This document shows, piece after piece, positions 1 to 8,604 of a stretch of 64,000 bases of DNA (positions are counted from its first letter, which is position 1; each line of letters begins with the position of its first letter). The position numbers were made by a program, and so were the translations under genes. The stretch spans positions 3,880 through 67,879 of the IMG/VR virus record IMGVR_UViG_3300046517_001864; one strand, written 5' to 3'. Source of the DNA: a virus. The notes beneath the pieces were generated by a model. The model was not told where the DNA came from. It worked only from the letters and a program-made list of their open reading frames with translations, and searched no databases.

Positions 1-460
1 CCACGTGTACATCGCCACGGTCCACCACGTGGTAACCATGTCCCGGGATTTCTCCACAAACATTATCTTCTGACGCAGCCACGCCTGCGTTAAAGGTTCC
101 GTGTACGGGAATATCGTAAACGGTCTCACCGTAGGCAACGCGACGAAGTAACCATCGAGATCCGCTTGGCCCATTGATGATACATCCATCGAATGAGCTA
201 TCTCCAGATGGACATGTTTCGTATCGAACGTCCTGCCCTGCCCGTCTCGACATAGATTGCATTCGTACAACTCCTTCGGATCTCGGGTATACACGTATGG
301 GACGAAATGCTTCGACTTGTCGAGCCAATACAACACATCTCCCGCACAGCGGTCCCACTCCTGCTCCCCGAGCTGAGCGTAGATCTGCTCACGCTCCTTG
401 GCAGAACACCTCGCGAGGTATTCGACTAATTCTCCGTTAAGTTCCAGCGTAGAAGCCATC
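1..460 (-). CDS. hypothetical protein, 5' part only (continues beyond window start); not in ORF track because no stop in window
   Basis: ATG at 460..458 on minus strand; open frame to position 1 (about 153 codons, MASTLELNGELVEYLARC...); globular-looking composition; no clear SD. Confidence 0.3.
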
Positions 461-740
461 GGTAGACTTTACTATACAACCCCATCGGATACAGGGAGTA
501 GTGAAACCACATCCCAAACTCAGAATGACGAATCCGCTCCCGGGATTTCTTGAGGTAGTACTTCAAATACACCCTTGGGGTGGGCATCTTTGGTCCAGCG
601 AAGGTCGGATTTTTACGATAGTTCTCCAACCTCCGACGTTCCGCGATGTACTGTTCGTAATCATTCAACGGACGGGGCACCCGCCAGAACAGAAACTTCC
701 CCCGGAGTAATTCAAACTGATACTTGTAGTATTGCGTCAT
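426..740 (-). CDS. hypothetical protein (104 aa, Tyr/Lys/Arg-rich)
   Basis: ORF in the leftward block; start ATG overlaps stop of upstream cupin gene (ATGA overlap at 737..740). Confidence 0.45.
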   Translation of the reverse strand: MTQYYKYQFELLRGKFLFWRVPRPLNDYEQYIAERRRLENYRKNPTFAGPKMPTPRVYLKYYLKKSRERIRHSEFGMWFHYSLYPMGLYSKVYRWLLRWNLTEN

Positions 741-1138
741 GACCGACCGTCATCCTCCACCAATTCCTTGCTCTCCTCAATCCTCGTCACATCCGCGTCG
801 GAGTGAGGGGTGCTCACTTCAAGCAGGAGCGATCCGTCCCCTCCGAAGCTCCAGAACCGGTGGGGAGTACCTGGAGGTAGAGACAGTACATCTCTCCTCC
901 ACCCGGCGAGTACTGTATCAAAACGTTTGTCCCCAATATAATACTCAACTCTTGTAAGTCCATCAAGAGCAATAAACGTCTCGTGCTTAATCTCGTGATA
1001 ATGCAACGAACACTGAAATCCAGGAGTGATCCAAAGAAGTTTCGAACAGTACTTTTCATTGTTTACTAGAACCTCCTCCAGCCCCCACCGCTTCGCGACG
1101 TACTCTCGCGTCTCTAGCCCACTTTCGTAGCTTGACAC
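737..1138 (-). CDS. cupin-fold protein, candidate sugar(-phosphate) isomerase/epimerase
   Basis: Canonical cupin motif 1 G(X)5HXH(X)4E(X)6G in 'GFQCSLHYHEIKHETFIALDG' and motif 2 PXGXXH in 'PPGTPHRF'. ORF-track start at 1327 would overlap the kinase gene by 214 nt with a junk-like N-terminus. Proposed GTG start at 1138, 26 nt inside the kinase 3' end. Confidence 0.6.
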   Translation of the reverse strand: MSSYESGLETREYVAKRWGLEEVLVNNEKYCSKLLWITPGFQCSLHYHEIKHETFIALDGLTRVEYYIGDKRFDTVLAGWRRDVLSLPPGTPHRFWSFGGDGSLLLEVSTPHSDADVTRIEESKELVEDDGRS

Positions 1139-1935
1139 TCTGCTACCTCCTTGGCTTTCGCCATAACTTCCTCCACGGTAGCCGTAGCTGTCCACGGCTT
1201 CTCCACCACCACCGCTGCTGCGGCATTCGCAAACGGAAGGGCGTGCAGTCCAACACAGGATGCGTAGCTGTAAGCGGCGAGGACTGTATCGCCTGCACCA
1301 CAGACGGAAACGACTTGCTTTGCCCATGCGGGGTATTCCTCCACGATCTTTCCCTGTTCGAGTCGAGCGATTCCCGCGCCGCTCCGCTTCAGTACCACCG
1401 AAGGCCGGTGATCGTAATCGAACTTGAACTGCTCGTACTCATGCTGGTTCGGGAACAACGTCACCCCGTGCCAAGACCACGCCTCAGGGGAACTTTTCGA
1501 ATCCACAAAGGTTCGTACCCCGAGCTGGTACACCCATCCTCGGACGTCATAGTTGATCGAACCTTTCCCGTAATCGCTCACGACAACCGCATCCGGTTGC
1601 CAGTGGAGCACCGCTCGATCCAACCGTTCCAGGTCAATCGGATCCACTTCGTCGTATTCATCCCACCGTGCGAGCTGTTGGGTTCCGACCATCAACCGAT
1701 TCTTCTCCGGTACCCGAATCAGAGTTCCCTCGGAGGAATTCCACCCATACTCCACTCGAATTTCCGCCCCGAGGGATTGAAGATTCGCGGATACATTTAA
1801 CGCACCACCGCCGAAGAACTCTTGTTTGGTTACTTTCACCACCGGGATAGGAGCCTCAGGGGAGATTCGAGTCGTGGTACCGATGTAATACCGATCATAC
1901 ATCGCGTCGCCGATTACGAGGATTTTAGGTTTCAT
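1114..1935 (-). CDS. hldA: D-glycero-beta-D-manno-heptose-7-phosphate kinase (HldE N-terminal domain / HldA-like, PfkB family), standalone
   Basis: '[31 protein letters not shown]' closely matches E. coli HldE '[31 protein letters not shown]'; 'VVSDYGKG', 'GAGDTV' PfkB signature and '[10 protein letters not shown]' are all colinear with HldE domain I; strong SD (AAGGAAGGGA) before ATG. Confidence 0.85.
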   Translation of the reverse strand: [273 protein letters not shown]

Positions 1936-2215
1936 TCCCTTCCTTTCGCCTGAAGGTTCGTACCCGAGGGAGGATGGGAGGCATACATCCTTTCGGCGGG
2001 GAGCCGTCCTCGGGTACTCTCACTAGGCGGGATCAAACAACAACATCAATAACTCGTGTGCGTTCCATACGTAGCTGTCGTATGGGTTCCATAAACAGTA
2101 TTATACTGTTGGACCGGGGCCGTTTCCTCACGTCTTTGCCGTTCGCGTTCCTCTTCTTCCTTCCGACGACGCTCGTCTTCAAGGATCGTAAACATTGCTA
2201 TCACAGCTCCAGCCA

Positions 2216-2524
2216 TTACGTTACCTTCGGTCCCTCAACCGCATCGTCCCACTTCACCGGGGCGAGGTTATCATTCCCCCAGCTCATCGTCTTCCCACCC
2301 TCGTACCGGATATGCAACGGATACGGCTCAGTCCAACCTGGGGCGATGTGAATCCCCGACCACTTATCCGACTTCGCTTCGAGCATCACCCACCGGGGGA
2401 AGAACTGGCTGACCCCCGCGTGAACCAACTCTGCGTCGAGCGGGACCTGATCCTCGTGGTCCTGGTAGTAGTGCACGAGGAGCTTCAGCAGACTGTTCGC
2501 GTCAAACTCAATCCGCTTCGTCAT
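2216..2524 (-). CDS. hypothetical protein (102 aa)
   Basis: ORF in leftward block; stop overlaps start of upstream 72-aa gene (ATGA). Confidence 0.45.
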   Translation of the reverse strand: MTKRIEFDANSLLKLLVHYYQDHEDQVPLDAELVHAGVSQFFPRWVMLEAKSDKWSGIHIAPGWTEPYPLHIRYEGGKTMSWGNDNLAPVKWDDAVEGPKVT

Positions 2525-2739
2525 ACACTAAACACCCGTTTGATATCAAAATTCACCCGGATCGGGGTATCATCCTTCCAGCTAGGGGATTCTGCCATAA
2601 TCGCAAACATCCCCTGCTGAGAGGTATTGACCTGCAACCCCACCGGCATGGCATCGTCGGGGATGTCCCCGGTATCCTTCGTATAATCCCGAAAGATTGC
2701 CATGATCGCGTCGATAGGGATGATGATCTTCCTACGCAT
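2521..2739 (-). CDS. hypothetical protein (72 aa)
   Basis: ORF in leftward block, coupled to downstream gene. Confidence 0.4.
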   Translation of the reverse strand: MRRKIIIPIDAIMAIFRDYTKDTGDIPDDAMPVGLQVNTSQQGMFAIMAESPSWKDDTPIRVNFDIKRVFSV

Positions 2740-2853
2740 GACTATTCACCCCAGATTATTGAGAACAACCTAATCAACGTGTCCATTACTTTCCTTTCGT
2801 GAGCCGACCGAACAGGTACCCGATCGCAGCCGCAAAAATCAACGGTAGTTCCA

Positions 2854-3024
2854 TTACTTCGCCTTTCCTTTCTTTACATCTTTCTTATGTTTCGCTTCCA
2901 TCGCAGCGCCTTTGGCAGTTTCCTTACTCCCATGCATCGCCCCGATAGAATTCATGATCTTATACGGCACATCCGACTGAGCGCCGTACTTACGCTTGAG
3001 CTCCTCTTCGAGAAACTTCGGCAT
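2854..3024 (-). CDS. small Lys-rich protein (56 aa, MPKFLEEELKRKYGAQ...KKGKAK), below ORF-track cutoff
   Basis: ATG overlaps the stop of the upstream gene (TAATG at 3022..3026); followed by further TAATG-coupled micro-ORFs (22-aa hydrophobic peptide MELPLIFAAAIGYLFGRLTKGK at about 2787..2855). Confidence 0.3.
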   Translation of the reverse strand: MPKFLEEELKRKYGAQSDVPYKIMNSIGAMHGSKETAKGAAMEAKHKKDVKKGKAK

Positions 3025-3410
3025 TAGACCCTCTCCTTCCCAGGAGGAATCTTCCCAGATGGGATATGATCCCCATATCCGGAATGATTATCACTCCGAT
3101 AACTCTGCTTCTCCTGCGTATCCTGATCATCCCCACCAACCGTCTGAGGTTCAGGTTGACCCTGGCCACCCGCACGAGGAGTTGGACCGAAGCCAATTTC
3201 CACCAACCGCTTGCATTCCCAGCAATACGGCTGGGACGGCCCGATGCTTTGTCCACAGGACGGGCATTTCTTAAACGGCGTCCCCCGCGTAGCCGCGAAC
3301 ACTTGCTCGTCCGTCGGCTTCTGAATGTTACTTTTCTGTTGTTTTGCCACTTGTTTGATCCTTTGTGAGTTTAGCGGACTCGTCCGCTTCGGTCTGGGCG
3401 GCGTGCCCAA
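3024..3410 (-). CDS. zinc-ribbon protein (CPSCGQ...CWECK); true start probably downstream of ORF-track start (possible GTG near 3350)
   Basis: Cys-X2-Cys...Cys-X2-Cys; 83-nt overlap with upstream gene if ORF-track start is used. Confidence 0.4.
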   Translation of the reverse strand: MGTPPRPKRTSPLNSQRIKQVAKQQKSNIQKPTDEQVFAATRGTPFKKCPSCGQSIGPSQPYCWECKRLVEIGFGPTPRAGGQGQPEPQTVGGDDQDTQEKQSYRSDNHSGYGDHIPSGKIPPGKERV

Positions 3411-3759
3411 AGACTATCTCAACCACTATAACTTCCATATTCGTCTTACTACCCGGTATACACAACGGAACTGGGTATGGAACCGGCCCGGTGTGATCCA
3501 CCCGGAGCTTCAACTTCTTCGTTGGCTCGTTACATTGCGGACATTGCTGCATCTGTATCGCCAGCATCGGAGCTCCACAGCCATTCCATCCATGTGGCGA
3601 ACCACATCCACATCTCGCCAGAGCAAGATTCGGCGGCCACTGATGTCCGTTCGAACATTCTAATGTCGAACATGGAGTGAGTTTAACTGTTTGCGGAAAC
3701 TCCACCGGAGTCGCCTGGGGAGTTGCTGGAGCTTCTTGGGGTACGGCTGCCTCGACCAT
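3328..3759 (-). CDS. Cys-rich hypothetical protein (143 aa), first gene of leftward operon
   Basis: ATG at 3759 lies immediately downstream of a consensus promoter -10; multiple CxxC/CGCG motifs. Confidence 0.45.
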   Translation of the reverse strand: MVEAAVPQEAPATPQATPVEFPQTVKLTPCSTLECSNGHQWPPNLALARCGCGSPHGWNGCGAPMLAIQMQQCPQCNEPTKKLKLRVDHTGPVPYPVPLCIPGSKTNMEVIVVEIVFGHAAQTEADESAKLTKDQTSGKTTEK

Positions 3760-3765
3760 GAATAT

Positions 3766-3794
3766 ATTATAACACGTTCATGAAGTTTTGTCAA
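3766..3794 (-). promoter_or_regulatory. sigma70-type promoter with perfect consensus hexamers (TTGACA-17 nt-TATAAT) reading leftward
   Basis: Minus-strand sequence GTTGACAAAACTTCATGAACGTGTTATAAT; -35 at 3789..3794, -10 at 3766..3771; predicted start about 3759, i.e. at or adjacent to the ATG (leaderless or near-leaderless). Confidence 0.6.
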
Positions 3795-3922
3795 CTATCA
3801 ACACTTTACACCGAGCGAGCGATGAATTACCGCTGAGCTTCGCGAGCGAGGCGGCATTTTTTCCCCCGTTTCCCGTATTAACCCTGCTTAATCTTGGATT
3901 ATTATTCGACGCACGAACGGAT

Positions 3923-3992
3923 TTATCAACAACTTACGACGACGCCGCAAGGGGAAAAATCGATCGGATCGGTTCTTGTAACTTGTTGATAA
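3923..3992. repeat. 15-bp imperfect inverted repeat (TTATCAACAACTTAC / GTAACTTGTTGATAA) with 40-bp spacer in the divergent control region
   Basis: 14/15 complementary arms at 3923..3937 and 3978..3992. Confidence 0.45.
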
Positions 3993-4842
3993 TCCCTCCG
4001 ACCGAATTTCTAAAAATTTTTTCATTTTCAATTCTAACCTGCAGAAAACACGGGGTGCTAGCGCCTGTGTGGGAGCCATCGCGGACGAAACTGATTCGCC
4101 CTGCCCCGGCACTCGCTGGGTACCATCAGGTACCGTGGTCGTAGTACCAGGAGTATGTCTCGTGGGCGTGAGGGTGTAGGCCAGCCGTACCAATACTGTC
4201 GTACGTCCCACGTACGTATGACCTTCGTACTATGGGAGCACCCGCATATGGGGGCACCTGGGTAGTACCTTCGGTTCATATTGGGCTGTTTCGCCTTTTG
4301 TTCTACTTGACACCGGAATTTGTTACATGGTAAGAATGACCATGCACGAAAATACCGTTGTAATGGTCACCCTTCCGGCGTCGCCAATGTCTGAAGCCGA
4401 TCGGCGAATAGCTGATGAATTCCCAGGAGTTTTCACGACTGGCACGTCTCGCCTAGCCTGCACCCAGGTTGAGCTTGACTGGCTCACTGGAGGCGAAGAA
4501 ACGGCGAATGAGTAAAATTTACCGCCCAGGTTTACCGATTCGGGTAAAATTGACAAGGCGAACAATGGGCGAAGGCGTTGAAAACAAACGAGTTAAAGTT
4601 TGGCAAGGGGCTTGCACTTGTTTGGGCCGTCCGGCGAAACAAGCAAGCGAGTTAACCTGTAAGCCTTGCTGAGTGTAGCTGGATGTTCTGAGAGTCTCTT
4701 AGTGGGACGTTGTAGAGAGTACGGCATGGCTGGAGTGGAATCCAGATGGTTATGCACGATGAATGCCATGTGTAACGCCACACGTCCGCACTAAGGGGCT
4801 TTCGGATCGACAAACACGTGATGGCTCATTGGAGGGTATCCA

Positions 4843-5100
4843 ATGATTAAACCAAGACGTCAATACGCGGTATTTGTGAAACGTGGTCGTAAGTGGTCAC
4901 GCATCTCGCATGGATCGTATACGCTAGAAGCATGTCGCAGGCTGTATCAGGATGTGTTGCTAGCGGGATTCATGAACGGTGTGGCGACTGAACTGAAGCC
5001 AGTGTCGAAGATACCAGAGGATCGCTCTGTGATCGACGAGAACTGGCAGTGGTTTAAGATCGCGATTCATGCAACGGTTACAAACGCTCACGCAGCGTAG
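4843..5100 (+). CDS. hypothetical early protein (85 aa)
   Basis: First plus-strand gene after the 1.1-kb control region; SD GGAGGG 7 nt upstream. Confidence 0.5.
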   Translation: MIKPRRQYAVFVKRGRKWSRISHGSYTLEACRRLYQDVLLAGFMNGVATELKPVSKIPEDRSVIDENWQWFKIAIHATVTNAHAA

Positions 5101-5169
5101 GTGAATCGTCCGCAATGCAGGGGAGGTACCCTGCAATGAGTCATAACGTCATAGCAAAGGAGAACTACC

Positions 5170-5538
5170 ATGTCTACAATGGCAACGGTACGGCCAACAG
5201 GGGCAGCCCCTCTCGAAGGGACACCTGCAACGGCCAAACTGGCACCTAACGTGGAAGCGGTGTTGTTCAATGAAACGAAGGAATCGACTCCTACCAAGGG
5301 GATTGAAGCCGACGTGGAGATTGACGAAAAGGGGAATTACCATATTCTCATCCCTTCCACAATGGATTTTGGCAGAATCGGTGTGACCGAAAACGGTAAC
5401 ACATACGTCGGCGTGAAAGCCGATGCGATTACGCTGAAATTCACGGGCAAGAAAGCCGACGGTACGGACCACACACCGAAGGAGTTAGAGACGTATTCCA
5501 TCTCGTTCCGGCTTGGTCTGCGCATGAAGGCGAAGTAG
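5170..5538 (+). CDS. hypothetical early protein (122 aa)
   Basis: SD AAAGGAGAA upstream of ATG. Confidence 0.5.
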   Translation: MSTMATVRPTGAAPLEGTPATAKLAPNVEAVLFNETKESTPTKGIEADVEIDEKGNYHILIPSTMDFGRIGVTENGNTYVGVKADAITLKFTGKKADGTDHTPKELETYSISFRLGLRMKAK

Positions 5539-5772
5539 AAGCATACACAACACCTTTGCGGGTGGGGGCGATAGTACACCCGCGTAGTCTAAACGTGCCA
5601 CACCGTAGCCTGTAGGATCGGTGTGCCTGTCACAAGCCAGGAACAAACGCGAGTGGACACTGGTATAGGTATCAGTGGTGGAAACAGGTGTGTACATGCC
5701 TGTATGCCACAACCTGTGGGGGTACACGTGACTCCACAGCTCGACATCCGAAACGAGGGAAAGGAGTGTAGC

Positions 5773-6204
5773 ATGGCTACGCAGGATAGTACACGTGTGT
5801 TCAAGCTTCGGCTTGCGTCCGCTTCAATACGTAACGCGTCGGTAGTGATGACGGGTGACCGGTTGAATGCGTTGATTGCAGCCAAACAGATTGATCGAAG
5901 TAACAAGTATCTCAAATCCGAGCGTGGGTTTAACACGTCGATGCGAGTGTCGTCAGATCGTCCATCGCAAGTGAAGCGGTGGTCGGAAGGTATGACGGTT
6001 GGGTTTCAACGTACCACGTATGGTGCGGAGACGTCAGCGAAAGCGTATCGTCACGCTACAGCAGCATCGGAATGGCATCGGCGCAAGCGCGAGCAGGAGT
6101 TACTCGCGGATGCTAAACGACGTGGCGAGGTTACCACAACCACGAAATCACGTGCGTTACGAGTACCACCTGGACGGACCGTTGCGGAGGTGTTGTTTGC
6201 ATGA
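5773..6204 (+). CDS. hypothetical early protein (about 143 aa; ORF-track start 5623 probably too far upstream)
   Basis: Internal ATG at 5773 preceded by GAAAGGAG. Confidence 0.45.
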   Translation: MATQDSTRVFKLRLASASIRNASVVMTGDRLNALIAAKQIDRSNKYLKSERGFNTSMRVSSDRPSQVKRWSEGMTVGFQRTTYGAETSAKAYRHATAASEWHRRKREQELLADAKRRGEVTTTTKSRALRVPPGRTVAEVLFA

Positions 6205-6368
6205 CCACCAAAGCGGTCGTACGTCGTCAGCTTAACGAGTGGCTTGCACGTAACGAGAGTGAGTTGGATCGGCAGTTACGGGAAATCCGTGCGAAGAACC
6301 AACAACTGAGATTTATCCGTGATACGGAACGTCGGGTGAAAGCGCGAGCTAAAGGAGCATCGGTATGA
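6201..6368 (+). CDS. small coiled-coil protein (55 aa), below ORF-track cutoff
   Basis: ATGA overlap with upstream gene; helical Arg/Glu-rich sequence. Confidence 0.3.
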   Translation: MTTKAVVRRQLNEWLARNESELDRQLREIRAKNQQLRFIRDTERRVKARAKGASV

Positions 6369-6756
6369 GCGATCTTTCGTTGTATCTTGAATCCCTGCGG
6401 CTCTCCGCGATACTCGTGCGAACGTTTGTCGGGATTACCACAACGGTGATGATTGGAATTTCTGCAATGGAAGGAATCGTCGCGTATGCCATTCGCTAAG
6501 TATCTGTACGATGCGGCATGTAAGGTGTGGGGTTGGCCCGCAGTGTGGGAATCACTCTCATCTGGTGAGCAGGAGAAATGGGAGGAGTACGCTAGGTTAT
6601 GCTCCGCTTACTTCGTTCCGTAACTCCCGCGTGTATCACGTCGGACACGTCGTTGTTCGAGTACTTCTGGTTGCTTCGGATTCAAGGATGGCCGATGTGG
6701 TGGGGGCTACTTCCCACGTGGGCTATCACACGAATTTTGGAAAGGAGAATTGTAAT

Positions 6757-6909
6757 ATGAAACTCGCGTTAGCTATTCTCGCACTTGGGTCGATGTTTAA
6801 CATCGGCTACGCTGCGGCTACTTACGGACGGCACACCATGCGTCCACGACCGATTCACGTACCAGCTCCGCGCCCACCGCGTCCGTTGCGGATGCCACGA
6901 GTCGCGTAA
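6757..6909 (+). CDS. small protein with N-terminal hydrophobic signal-like segment and Pro/Arg-rich tail (50 aa)
   Basis: SD GAAAGGAGAA before ATG 6757; ORF-track version 6511..6909 has poor N-terminus. Confidence 0.3.
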   Translation: MKLALAILALGSMFNIGYAAATYGRHTMRPRPIHVPAPRPPRPLRMPRVA

Positions 6910-6945
6910 CCACGACTTTTCCTCGTTGCTCCCTCCAAACCTCAA

Positions 6946-6987
6946 CCCCGTTAGGACCGCGTAGGCGGCTGACGGGGATTTTTTCAT
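6946..6987 (+). terminator. rho-independent terminator candidate
   Basis: GC-rich hairpin(s) (CCCCG...CGGGG with inner CCGC-GTAG-GCGG) followed by ATTTTTTCATTT. Confidence 0.5.
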
Positions 6988-7002
6988 TTAACGAGCAAAG
7001 CT

Positions 7003-7233
7003 ATGTCACACCGTAACCGCGAGGCATCACATATGGAGAAGATCGAACAGCAGAAGGTAACAGTTGTTCGGGAATCGGGAATCACTCCTCTGGTTGGCAC
7101 TCAGATGCCTACCGAACACGTTCATGTGGATAACTTGAATCAACACGCCGTGGCTCTCGGGCTAGCAGGTTGGGATGAACTATGTGTGGGGTGTGGGTAT
7201 CCGAACGATTGGTGCAGGTGTTTTGGCGGTTAG
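7003..7233 (+). CDS. hypothetical protein (76 aa)
   Basis: ORF in early block. Confidence 0.45.
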   Translation: MSHRNREASHMEKIEQQKVTVVRESGITPLVGTQMPTEHVHVDNLNQHAVALGLAGWDELCVGCGYPNDWCRCFGG

Positions 7234-7426
7234 GCGATGAACGTCAGTAAACGTACCCTGTCCCTCGCCGCGTTAGCATGTTGGTGCGTGTGGGCGATGG
7301 ATGTGAAGGATTTGGAGTTGTCGATTCGGATCATGTTCGTGCTGTGGTTGACGGATAAGTGGTGGAAGGAGTGATTCATGGACGACCTCGCTGCCCGTTG
7401 GCCCGAACTCGTAGCAGTGCTGGAGA

Positions 7427-7693
7427 ATGGTGATGCTTATTACCGCCTCAGTAGTAGCGTTGTTCCATCTCATCCGAGTGCGAGAAGGGTTCTTCCGAGA
7501 AGGAAGTCTTCCGCAAAGGCTGCACAATCCGTGCGCTCTGGTGTACGCAGGACAACCCGGCGCTCTACCCGCAGATCGAGGGTTCGCGTGGTTCGTGGCA
7601 GATGAAGATGGGGCGATGGCCTGTGCGAGGGATCTGACGAAGAAGATCGAACAACACCGCTCGTTACGACGTGCATGGGGGTACTTGAGATGA
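7427..7693 (+). CDS. hypothetical protein (88 aa); preferred over overlapping 7378..7605 Arg/Ser-rich frame
   Basis: Globular composition; stop overlaps next ATG (ATGA at 7690..7693). Confidence 0.4.
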   Translation: MVMLITASVVALFHLIRVREGFFREGSLPQRLHNPCALVYAGQPGALPADRGFAWFVADEDGAMACARDLTKKIEQHRSLRRAWGYLR

Positions 7694-7923
7694 AACGAGT
7701 ATATACTGATCTTAACTCGCCTTGGTCTACTGTAGCCGCTGAGGAAGTGCTCTCCCCGGAACAAGCGCGAGCCGAGCATGAGAAATGCGGTTGGAAAGAT
7801 CAGGAGGGATACATTCCTGTTGAGCTAGCAACTCGTCTTGAAGCTGCGTGGAATGTGCTTCAAACCATCTCAGAGGAAGTTGATAGATTTCGTACTGAAA
7901 CAGGTCAAGGAGATGGAAGATGA
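7690..7923 (+). CDS. hypothetical protein (77 aa)
   Basis: ATGA coupling on both sides. Confidence 0.4.
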   Translation: MKRVYTDLNSPWSTVAAEEVLSPEQARAEHEKCGWKDQEGYIPVELATRLEAAWNVLQTISEEVDRFRTETGQGDGR

Positions 7924-8050
7924 AACTCCGAGCAATCTGGGCTTGGCTCTGGGCGGATGATCCGCTTCGGCACTCGCGACAACAGGCCATGCGGGCGTTA
8001 CTTGCGAAAGCCGAATACGAATGTCATCCAAGATGGATAAGGTATAAGAA

Positions 8051-8404
8051 ATGAAATTCGAAGCCCCAACTAACGAAGGTATGACCGCTGCGTTTGCAGC
8101 GTCAACAGCAACGCTTACGGTCGATGCAGCAAAGGAATGTCATCCGATGATGTTCCACGAAGCGTTGTTGAGATTGTACAACGGTACGGTGGTGTCGATT
8201 AATCACGACAACAAACCTCCGGAACTCCAATGGCGATACGCGTTGATTCTCGCGTTTCGTGCGGGGTGGTATCTGCGGGAGTTACAGGACGGTACGCCGG
8301 TTACACCGAACGGTGTGGATCTTTCGGTGTTGTTCGGGGTGAATGAATCCGAGCTCGAATCGATTTTTCAGCAAATCAAACAAGAAGGAGAACAACAGAT
8401 ATGA
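8051..8404 (+). CDS. hypothetical protein (117 aa)
   Basis: ATGA-coupled ORF. Confidence 0.5.
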   Translation: MKFEAPTNEGMTAAFAASTATLTVDAAKECHPMMFHEALLRLYNGTVVSINHDNKPPELQWRYALILAFRAGWYLRELQDGTPVTPNGVDLSVLFGVNESELESIFQQIKQEGEQQI

Positions 8405-8598
8405 TGCGTAAGGATCAAGTGGAAGCGGTACTCGCGGATCTCGCGGAGCAAGAGCGTGTGCTCGTGGATCGGATTGATTCGACCACAAGTTCGCTCGTGC
8501 GGGTGCGGGGGAATATCGCTGGACTTCGGGAGAAGTACGCAAAGGTACTCGCCGTGGATGCTCCGTCCGTCGTGGTCGAAGCCCAAGCGGTTTCGTAA
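8401..8598 (+). CDS. small coiled-coil protein (65 aa)
   Basis: ATGA overlap with upstream gene. Confidence 0.4.
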   Translation: MMRKDQVEAVLADLAEQERVLVDRIDSTTSSLVRVRGNIAGLREKYAKVLAVDAPSVVVEAQAVS

Positions 8599-8604
8599 TC
8601 GGTC

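Noticed and set aside
737-1327. ORF-track cupin start at 1327 (196 aa)
   Set aside because: It would overlap the heptose kinase coding region by 214 nt. The extra N-terminal 60 residues are Arg/Cys/Gly-rich junk typical of an alternate frame. A GTG start at 1138 gives a typical ~133-aa cupin.
4307-4336. Rightward early promoter TTGACA (4307..4312) with downstream TAAGAA
   Set aside because: No acceptable -10 at 16-18 nt spacing (best 3-4/6). The early promoter location remains unassigned.
7273-7779. 168-aa minus-strand ORF (and other antisense ORFs such as 1132..1800, 16188..16870, 60525..61487, 44108..44791, 49320..49847)
   Set aside because: They lie antisense to well-supported, translationally coupled genes in uniformly oriented blocks. 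They have Arg/Pro/His-rich high-GC antisense composition and are presumed spurious.
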